This document shows positions 50,696 to 64,000 of a stretch of 64,000 nucleotides of DNA, in pieces. Every line of letters begins with the position of its first letter. The stretch's first letter is position 1. The DNA comes from Stegostoma tigrinum (taxonomy: Eukaryota): positions 20,172,629 to 20,236,628 of the forward strand of contig NC_081391.1 of assembly GCF_030684315.1 (NCBI RefSeq), written 5' to 3'. Both the position numbers and the translations under genes were made by a program. A model generated the notes under the pieces. It was not told the DNA's origin. It worked only from the letters and a program-made list of their open reading frames with translations, and searched no databases.

Positions 50696-52933
50696 GTCCC
50701 TTCTGTGAAGAGGCTGTTTCTGACATTATCCTGGACAGTTTAGCTTTAATTTGAAGATTCTATTTCCAATCCATACGCTCAGCCCTAGATGACCCATTGA
50801 GACGAAACAATTCCTCTCAATCTACCCTGTCAAATCCACTAATGCTCTTAAAACTTCCAAATACCGCCGGCTCTTAACCTTCCATACTGAGGGACTCGGG
50901 CAAGCTGCCATCATCATTTAACCAGCTCTTTATCTCTGAGTTGATTCTGGAAATTCTCGGCTGCACCATCTTTAGGCCCAACCTGCCAAAAATGATATAC
51001 CAGAGATGGTTGAACCAGAACTTGACAATTTCATAAAAAACCTCCACCCAGAGGTGTGCAAATCCCTTAGAGATCAGGACTGACATTGAATTAATTTCTT
51101 TGTTCAGTGTGTTTATATCTCGTCTCTAGTTTCAATACATTTCTGTCCACTTGTCTCAGTTTCATTTTGATCATTAGTTTTGACAACCCAGCAGAAGATG
51201 CCCCATTTCTAAAACACTCTGACTCATCTTTCTTGGTCAGGAGTGGATAACTTCATACTTCCCCTTATTGAACTGTATCAGCCATTCTTCCCCACTCCAT
51301 GGAAGTTTGAAACATTCTACTGTCATGATAAAGTGCCACTTGATGTAATGCCATCAGCAAATATTTGAATTGTGGCTGTCCATTTCTTCATCTGTAACAT
51401 TTATAATCCAAGCAAAAGCTAAGGCCCCAGTTTCTCTCCTTGGGGAAAGTAATGACATCTTGCTTTCTCTTTTATTACCTCATGGGGTGAACGTTTTGTT
51501 GGCTGGCCCAGCATTTATTGCATTTCCCTAATTATTATTGTCTTCTTGAATTGCTGTTGTCCATTTGGTGCAGGGAGATCCATAATGCCATTTTGGACAG
51601 AATTCCAGGATTCAGATGGTATGACTGTAGATTGAGTTTTGCCTCATGAGCTTCATTGAGTATTTTGAAGAAGTGATGAAGAGCAATGATGAGGGCAGAG
51701 TGGTGGGCGTGATCTACATGGACTGCAACGAAGCGTTTTACAATGTTGCTCATAGTAAGCTGTTTAGCAAAGTGAGATCACATGGAATCCATGGAGAATT
51801 ATCCATTTGGATACAGAAATGGCTCAAAGGTGGAGGGCAAAGGGTTCCGGTAGAGGCAACAAAGTGCGGAGCTGGAGGAACATAGCAGGCCAGGCAGCAT
51901 CAGAGGAGCAGGAAAGCTGTTGTTTCGGGTTGAGACCCTTCTACCGAAATTGGGAGGGGAGGGGAAGCTCAGAAATAAAGAGGAGGGGTGGGACTGGGAA
52001 GGTAGATGGGATGGTGATGGGTGAGTGCAGATAGGGGGTAGTCAGGAATGGCCAGTGAGGTGGGGGGGATGCAGATAGGTGGGAGAGAAGATGGACAGGT
52101 CAAAGAGGTGGGGATGAGAGGGAGAGAGGGGATTGGTCATGGGGTGAGGAGATTTTGAAGTTAATAAGGTCCACATTTAGTGTCGTGGGCTGTAAGCTCC
52201 CAAGGCAGAATATGAGGTGCTTCTCTTCCAGTTTGAGGATGACATTGGTGTGATACTGGAGGATGCCCAAAATGGACAGGTCATCCAGGAATGGGAGCGG
52301 GAGGGAAGTTAAAACATTTTGCGATTGGAAAACGTTGTTTTTTGTTGCACATTGAACACAGATGCTCTAGAAAAACTGTCTCCCTCATGTAGCGGAGGCC
52401 ACATTGGGTGCAGCCGATACAACAGACCAACTTGAAACATGTGCAGGTTATCCCTGTCTGATGTCGAAGGTTTGTTTGTTTTTCTTTTGTTTTGAATGGA
52501 GACACGTGGGAGGCGGTCAGGTGTAGCTGTTCCTACAGTTGTAGGGAACCGGGCTGGGGTTAATGGCGAGTACAGAGTGGATGAGGGAGTGGCAGGGATA
52601 CCAGCGGAGAGGTACTGGGGTGTCCATAGTAAGAGGGGCTATGCCTGCTTCTGTCAGTTATGTGGAACAGTCCCTCTTCTGCTGCTACACTGTCACTATC
52701 CCGTACCTCTTCCTTACTCATAGATTGACAGTAAATAGCCAGCTACATTGCTGTGTGGGTGGTGAGTCAGCTGTCAGCCAACTGCTTTCCTTCCCTGAAA
52801 GGGTTAGAAAAACGTAGGACTGCTGAGAGTTGGCCTTTCAGCAAATTAAGTGAAGTGTCTCTTTTCTCTTCCACTCTTTCCCCGTCCTTTCGATCTCCTC
52901 TCTTCCCCCCTCCCTCCACCCCCTGCCCGAAGC

Positions 52934-52996
52934 CTGGATGCAATGCAGGGAACTCTGCAGAGAGAGAAGGTGAACCAGAGTCTATTGGATCTCCAT
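52934..52996 (+). pseudogene. Inverted ferritin exon-3 relic
   Basis: Translates [21 protein letters not shown]. Tandem-unit copy of 8318-8383. Confidence 0.85.
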
Positions 52997-53888
52997 GTCT
53001 GCAAATGTAGCTTTAATTGCACCAGCTGTCCCCAGCAGTTGATTGCTGGAGCCAGAACAGGAACTATGCCACGTTTGTCCCACAAGCTACAAGGTGGGCA
53101 TTGAGGATAGGAGACACTGTTACAGGAGAGAGCAGATTCCTCATTCAGTCTCCTACAGTGGAGACTTGTTAGAAAATCCAATTCCTTAGCTTGGGAAACT
53201 AGAACAGTGGTGTCTTGCTTGTTCAAAGAAGCATGCCAAAAAAATGCAATGCACGTGCCAGATGCTATTGCTGTTCCTTTTTTATTAACAAAGTATTTTT
53301 TAAATGCTTGGATTCTGCTAACCAAGTTAAGTGAAGGTTACTAGCAAAACTGAGGTCTGGCAGCACCTGTGGATAGACTTCAGTTGAGGAGTCACCAGAC
53401 TCAACCATTAATTGGTGTATCAACACGTGCAGAGTGCCACCTGCCCCCCTGACTCTAGCCGTTTGTATTGTGTTTGATCCCAGCTTTTAGGAAAGTTGGA
53501 GCATTGCTAGGGACAGGGCACCAGTTAAGTGGCTAACAGTTAGAATGGAGCAATTTTGGTGAAGCTGTTGCCTGGAGACTGCTCTTACAGAACTGTCACT
53601 GTGAGCACTGCTTAAAAGCCAAAAGCTTAACAGTTTGATTTCCACAACAATTACTCATTTAAAAAAATCTTTTGACTTTGGATTCAGAAACTGAACAAAA
53701 ATTGCCAGGGCAAGCATTGATTCAATGCAGAGAGCAAAAAGCCAAAGCGATTTAATAATCAGGTAATAAGCAGCCAAATAAGTGTAGTCAGATACATGGG
53801 CAATGTTTTCATTTTGTGCAGAGTGTGCAAAAAAAAAGTCATTCACTAGAACACCAGTGTACAACAAATGGAGTTGTTGAATCCTCAT

Positions 53889-55647
53889 TCAGCTCAGGCT
53901 GAGCCTGTCAAACAGATACTCTCCTTTGCCCTTCTGAGGGGCTCCCAGTCTCTTCAGGTTGGTGATGTTATCTCCCAGCTTCTTGATCATCTTCACTTGC
54001 TCATCCAAGTAGTGCCTCTCCAGGAAGTCACAGCTGGAAGACAAGACAAGTTAGTGGAATCCACTGAAGACATTTGGAAGTGACCCTCAATTCAGATTTA
54101 ACAAATCAATACCATGTTGAGGGAGAGGGGCACTCTGGTGATGCGTTTGGACTGTTGTAGATTTAACAGTCTGCAGGAGGCAGTTATGAGACAATTGTAT
54201 TCCCCCTCCCCTCAAGAGTACACAAACAGATCACTTTCAGGTTGGAAACATTCATCTTTCCTGGAATTTGAAAGTCATCCTGGTAGTTTGTTGTTCGAAA
54301 GGCCATCAGCCCTACATGCTGAATTTAGCAGTGAAAGGCAAGGAAGCTTATTGGAGAGAAAGTGAGGAACTCACATGAGGGTCTGTGTGGCCAGAGGAGA
54401 GATTGTGCAGATCCAGCAAACTCTGGTTCACATCCTTCTCCTTCTGCAGAGCTCCCTGCCTTGCCTCCAGATCATTGACCATGGTCAGTCTTCTGAAGCG
54501 GCAGCGTGGGGGTGGATGGCAAGAGACAAGACACATCACTTAAAATGCAAGAAACCAGTGAAAAAAGCAACAAGACCTCCATCTCATTAGGAGAGTGTAT
54601 AACAGCTAAGAGATTATATCCAAAGCATTAAAATGCTATAATATTCAGGGCTTAAAAAGCCTTCTTCAGGACAAAATGACATTTCATTAAACCCAATCTT
54701 GATGTCCTACAAGAGGAGCATGCACCCACATTCTGGAATGCCATCAGTTTCTCAGCTGTTCCCATTCCTTCGAGGAACAGTGCCATGAGAACTCAAAGTG
54801 ACACAGGACAACATCTTCCCAGTCAAAAGTGAAAGGATTGTAAACAGGGAAACCCATTGGGGTTTGTTGTTAAAGATCCTTCTCTGCTTGAAATGCTTCT
54901 TCAGTCAGGCCTGCAGGTTCTGGAAGGGAAAGCCTCCCTTGTAAATCACAACAAAAACAACACCATAATAGATTGAGGTGTAGTTTCTTGCCTTGTGAAG
55001 CAGGAGGGAAGGAAAAGGATCATCTTCCTACAAGTTGGGTCTTGAATATTTCATACTTGACACAAAATATTAAGTATTAAAATAAAACCTCATCATTCCA
55101 AAAGGCCATATGGGTAGGGAAAATGGCTCAGCTTCAGCAAGGAAACCTTCCAACACAGAACAGGATTCTCAGCTCTGGAGTGAACTAGCAGAGTTTATTA
55201 GTGAAGCATTGACAGCAAATAGAACTCAGGATTGTGGTAGTGTTCGTCCCTCGGGGATGGAGGTCCAGAGTCGCATACGCTCTAGAGGTCAGACATATTA
55301 TCTCTAGACAGATTAACACTATTCAATAGAATAAATCCAATTACATTGTACAGAAAAACATGCACAGACTTCCCAGGTCATACATCAGGATCAAACCATT
55401 AAAAGATTATTCACTTCTCAAGGTCAGGGAAAGGCCACAGAAGATTCTAAAATATGAATTGAATGATGCAGAGAGACCCTACACCCACAATACATTGAGG
55501 CCACAGCTTGAAATCTGAAATAAATCCAGAGAACACCACTGTCACCATGGAGAGGTAAACATGGGAGAAAGAAAGCACCAGGGTGATCTGCTTGTTAACA
55601 ACATCCTCACAGGCCTTGTGATGGTTCTGCCACACTTGGGATGGCAT
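53889..55647 (-). pseudogene. Ferritin pseudogene F9 (tandem copy of F2)
   Basis: Exons 55546-55647, ~54698-54837, 54375-54492, 53889-54033 carry the same lesions as F2. Confidence 0.93.
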
Positions 55648-57143
55648 CTTCGCTATTGCTGCTCACAATCACTTGGACAACTCTAGAACTGAGTCTCCCT
55701 CCAACAAGCTCTTGTATTTATACTCCAGAGACCATCCTGCACCAACCAGGGAATGACATCACTAACAATGATTGACAATCTCTGACAGCCAATCAGGAAT
55801 CTGCAAGAACCCAGTCACCAATGAACAGAGGAGGAGGAGAGTGGGGCAATGTGCTGAGACCCAGAGTCAATCAGAGATTTGGGTAACAGTCAGGTTGAGA
55901 TTATTATTCTGTGATAACGAGAGCACTTCGCCTCTCAAACCTGTCCCCTAATTCAACTGGATCGGTGCGAGTCTGAGTCTTCATTTAATACCTTTGCCTG
56001 GGTTCTGCATCGCATCATATTGTGAACTAGCACAGCTCAACAAATCAGTTTCGAAATGTCCAATTGACTTGCAGAATGTTGGGAGTGATACTGTAATGTT
56101 TGAGATTAAGCATCATCACTGATTACCATAGCTTTGATCTGAAGATTATTCCCCCTTTTCCAGGATTACTTCGCCACAGGAAACAGTACATTGTCTAACG
56201 GCACGATTAGATCCATTAATAATCCAAAGTACCTGGATAATATTCGTTCTCGAGTCTTCCACACTCTTGCAAGGACAAGGCTAGTTGATGTAAACTGTAT
56301 TCATAACGTAACCAGCTTGGGGCTGAGAAAATGCTGGTGAATCTGTGCTAAGGTCCCTCAAATAACCCTGTCAGAGCTCAGCACAGCGCTCCAAATGTGC
56401 TCTGATGCCACTTCTATGCTGTTGTATTACAACACATGCTGTTTTGTTGTCCAGCCGGCTTGGGGGGAAACTGAGCACGTTCTGGCCTTTTTAATTCGGC
56501 TTTCATATCTGCCCACTGCCACACGGTTATTACGGTGCTGATGGTGACCATTCGGCCCATCGTATCCACCACCAACTCGCTGAGCGTTTCACCTCTTGCC
56601 ATTCTCCTGCACTGTCCCTGTAATCTCCATGTTATTCCCTTTCAGATATCAGTCCTATTCCCTTTTGAATGCGTGAATTGAACCTGCCTCCAACACACTC
56701 TCGGACTATACATTTCACACCCTATCCACTCGCTGTGTTGGAAGGTTTTTATTTTCGCAGATCACTTCAGCTTCTTTTGCCAATTTTAAACCTGTGCCGT
56801 CTTGCACCTGACCCTTTCACAAATGGGAACATCGTGCCCCTGTTTGTTCTTTCTGGATCCGAATTTGAGCCGTTTGCTTTCCAGAGAGAAAAGTCCCAGC
56901 TTCTCCAATATATCCTCACACCTGAAATTCCTCATTCCTGTTGCCATTCCAGTAAGCCTCTTCTGCACTCTCTCCTATACCTACACTCTTTCCTTCAGTG
57001 TGATGTGCAGAATGAGACACAGTATTCCTGTTGGGGTCAAACTTAAGCAGGTTCAGCATAATCACCTTGCTCTTGTACACTTGCCCCTACTAATAAAGCT
57101 CAGGGCACTGGGTGCTTTATGAACCATTCTCTTGAACAGTCCT

Positions 57144-58505
57144 CAGAGATAATGGGAACTGCAGATGCTGGAGAATCCGAGAAAACAAAGTGTGGAGCTG
57201 GATGAACACAGCAGGTCAAGCAGCATCTTAGGAGCACAAAAGCTGACGTTTTGGGCCTAGACCCTTCATCAGCAAAGGGGGATGGGGAAAGAATTCTGAA
57301 ATAAATAGGGAGAGGGGTAGGCGGACCGAAGATGGATGGAGGAGAAGGTAGGTGGAGAGGAGAGTATGGGTGGGGAGGTAGGGAGGGGATAGGTCAGTCC
57401 GGGGAGGATGGACAGGTCAAAGGGGCCAGGTGAGGTTAGTAGGTAGGAAATGGAGGTGTGGCTTGAGGTGGGAGGAGGGTCTAGGTGAGAGGAAGAACAG
57501 GTTAAGGAGGCTGGGATGTGCTGGGCTGGTTTTGGGATGCAGTGGGAGGAGCGGAGATTTTGAAGCTGGTGAAAGCCACATTGATACCATTGGGCTGCAG
57601 AGTTCCCAAGTGGAATATGAGTTGCTGTTCCTGCAACCTATGGGTGGCATCATTATGGCACTGCAGGAGGACCAGGATGGACATGTTGTCACAGGAACGG
57701 CGGGGAGAGTTGAAATGGTGCACGACTGGGAGGTGCAGTTGTTTACTGCAAACTGAGCGTCGGTGTTCTGCAAAGCGGTCCCCAAGCCTCCGCTGTGTTT
57801 CCCCAATGTAGAGGAAGCCACGCCGTGTACAGCAGATGTAGTGTACCACATTGGCGGATGTGCAGGTGAACATCTGTTTGATGTGGAAAGTCATCTTGGG
57901 GCCTGGGATGGGGGTGAGGGAGGAGGTGTGGGGGCAGGTGTAGCACTTCCTGCGGTTGTAGCAGAAAGTGCTGGGTGTGGATGGGAGTGTGGAGCGAACA
58001 AGGATATCGCGGAGAGAATGGTCTCTCCGAAAGCAGACAATGGTGGGATAGAAAAATGTCTTTGGTGGTGGAGATGGATTGTAGATGGCAGAAGTGTCGG
58101 AGGACGATGCATTATATCCAGAGGCTAGTGGGGTGGTATGTGAGGACTAGGGGGATCCTCTTGGGGAAGTTATTGCGAGGGTAGTGTGTGAGGGATGAGT
58201 TGTGGGAAATGCGGGAGACACGATTGAGGACATTCTCGCCCACTGCAAAGGGGGAAGTGGCGGTCCTGTAAGAACGAGGACATCTGGGATGTGCAGGAGT
58301 GGAATGCCTCTTCTTGGAGCAGATGGGGGAGAGGCAAAGGAATTGGGAATAGGGCATGGAGTTTTTGCAGGAAGGTGGGTTGGAGGAGGCGTATCACAGG
58401 TAGCTGTGGGAGTTGGTGGGCTCGAAATGGACATCGGTTTGTAGGTGGTTGCCTGCGATGGAGACAGAAAGTCCAGGAAGGTGAGGGATGTGTTGGAGAT
58501 GGTCC
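57144..58505 (-). mobile_element. Penelope-like retroelement (duplicate)
   Basis: GIY-YIG ORF at 57502-57894. Confidence 0.88.
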
Positions 58506-60215
58506 TTCCACCTTCAATGCTGTAATGCAAATACACCATGCAGTTCACTCACTCCTGCACCCTCTTTAGAAATGCACCTTTTATTTTGTATTGTCTCTAC
58601 ATGCTTTTCCCACCATTTTTTCTGTTTTGAACTTCATCTGCCACTTGCTTGCCGATTTCACTGATATCGGTGCCCTTTTGAGGTTCTGCACCATGGTCCT
58701 CACTTGAAGTTTCTTATGTACAAACTCTGAAATTGCATCCTTTATACCAGGACATAAGTCATTACTTTACTTTTGTAAAGCCTGGCTCCTCCCCATAACC
58801 CGTGGAACTCCACGACAAACCATCCCCCTCGTCCAAAGAGCATCCATTAGCATCACTTATGTTTCCAGTAACGCAGCCAACTCCGTATCCCTGTCACTGC
58901 GCTGCCATTGATTACAGGGGCTTGAACATTGTTCACAAATCTAACGTGTGGCACTGCATTACATGTCTTTAGGAAGCTCACGTAGACCACACGAACAACA
59001 GCCCTCTCGCCTAACTCGTCAAAATACTTGTGCTAGATAGCTAAAAGTGGTTTTCCTTTTGAGGAGATCTGGCATGGATCTCAAAAAGATTCATATTCAT
59101 CCATATAACTATTATGCAATTTTCTACTCATCTCCATTACTTCCTGTCTTCCACTCCCCAACATCACTCATGGAAATGACAGGCATCTACTCCATCACTT
59201 ATCCCATTTGGAAACTGAATGAAAAGCTGATGCAAAAGGACAATGCATCTAGAAGTTGTTGCCTCTTCTCAGTGTTCATAATTTATTGCAGCTACTAATT
59301 TCCAATTTCAAAACAATTTCTCACACAGATTTAAGAGATCCACTCCCCATACAAGTCCCCTAACCGGCCATTTCCACATACATGCTGTATGTGTTGCTGG
59401 GCTTCTATTCAAGCAGAGCTTCACAATGTTGGAGCTGTAAGAGTTTGCAAATAGGACCTCTCCTCAGCAATTTCTGTACCCTGTTCCCCTACTGAGAGCT
59501 TCACTTCAGACAAACAAGAGGTAAAGAAGTGACCCAAACAATGATCGGCTGCTGTGTATATAAAGCTATTGGGAGGCATGGAAGGGTAGGAGGAAGTAAG
59601 TAGTAGTTGCGGGGGGAGAGGTGGTGGGGTACAGAGTTGAAGAAGAAAGGCAGAAAAGCTTGGAATCCAACTCTGCCTCCTTTTATTATTCATCTGCTAA
59701 ACCTCAGTCCCCAAAAAAGCAGAACAAATCCACAAGCTGCAGCTGGGAGGTTGGGGCAGCCCTTGCCGTCTGCAAACTTAGAAAGAGTTCACTTAACCCT
59801 TGCTGCTGTTGGAAGAAGGGCAGGTGAGGACAGAGGAAGCACCTAGTGTCTAAAGTCATCCAGAGAGGAAAGTCATGTCACTAAGTGGTACACACCTGGA
59901 AGGCTAATGTAACACTAAAAAGGAAAGGGGAAACACCTCATTTACAAATTTGCCATGAAAAAAATGTATGTTCCACATGTGCATAAAATTTATGCTACCT
60001 TTGGAGGAAGATATTGAAGTGAGTGAAATTTCTATTGTGGATTTTTTCAGTCAAGTTTCCTGGTTAGCTGTTGGTAATTTAGTTAGCTTAAAAAACAAAG
60101 ATCCAAAATCCAGTTCCACAAAGACTTGTATTTCCATTTGGAATGGCAGACAGAAAAAGGCAAAGTGGTCATCAGAATTAGGTCAGGAATGGATAAATTT
60201 CTTCCATAACCCCAT

Positions 60216-63182
<2,967 letters not shown>

Positions 63183-63249
63183 CTTCACTATTCCTGCTCA
63201 CTTTCACCTGGGCAACTCCAGAACTAAGCCTCTCAGCCACAAGCTCTTG

Positions 63250-63396
63250 GATTTAACCTCCTGGAACATCCTGCACTCAACCAGGGAATGACATCACCAA
63301 TGATGATTGACAATCCCTGATAGCCAATCAGGCATCTCCATGAGTGCAGGAGCCAATGAAGGGCATGGGGTGGAATGAGATCCCCAGAGCCAATCA
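63250..63396 (-). promoter_or_regulatory. F10 promoter, TATA further degraded
   Basis: GTTAAATC at the TATA position. TGACATCACCAAT and CCAAT boxes are kept. Confidence 0.55.
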
Positions 63397-64000
63397 GAGC
63401 TTTGGAACTGAGGCATATTTGGAACATTCAGTGATTGTCGCTGACGAACAGGAGGTGGATGTTCTGCCCTGTCCTGCCACCCAATTGTGTCAAGCCTGGT
63501 CTGTTGCTTCCTTACGCTCTTCCTACATTGGTCCTGTGTTCCTGTCACACCATGAACGAACAAACATCCAACTGTCTCACATCTGAGCAGTTTATTTGTT
63601 CCCAATATTTCTGGGAAAAAGATTGCAGAGTTCTGAATCCTTTTCCTGAGGAAATGATTCCTGGCACCTGCCCTGGATGGCCACAGCATAATGATGGCAT
63701 TGTACTCCTTGGTCACGCTAAAATAATTTCTCTCCCTCTGGCTCCTCAAACCCGATTGTTATTTTCCAAACTTCAATTGTAGTCAGCCCTAAATCTTCAT
63801 TACCCAAGTGAATGCAAGTACACTCTTTGCAAATTGTCCTCACAATTTAAGCCTGTTAGTCCTGGGATCGTTCTGGTGAATGCACACTGTAGCGCGACGA
63901 TGGTGTTGTTGCTGTGCTAGTCACAGAGAGGCTCGGATTAACACCACGAGGGCAATAAGTGCTGACCTTAGTCAGCAATGCCCTCGTCCCATGAATGAAC

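Overview
Vertebrate genomic DNA, very likely a cartilaginous fish (inferred from HE1-type SINEs, CR1/HER1-type LINEs and Penelope-like elements). The window is a tandem array of 10 same-strand (minus) four-exon ferritin loci with coding exons of 102/147/126/147 bp (173 aa). Five are intact (F1, F3, F5, F8, F10), one has a dead splice donor (F7), three are full-length pseudogenes (F2, F4, F9) and one is an exon-4-only relic (F6). There are also three inverted exon-3 relics on the plus strand. The array is built from nested duplications: a recent ~44.6-kb tandem unit (1-19613 repeats at 44637-64000) and an older ~11-14-kb duplication whose ends fall inside ferritin exons. The proteins combine a complete H-type ferroxidase centre with L/M-type gene structure and C-terminus. 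All copies have a TATA/CCAAT promoter about 70 bp from the ATG and no recognisable iron-responsive element. Exons are homogenised while many introns are unalignable, and several gene-conversion patches are visible. Penelope-derived repeats carry minimal hammerhead-ribozyme motifs. All alignments were done by eye and repeat boundaries are approximate.
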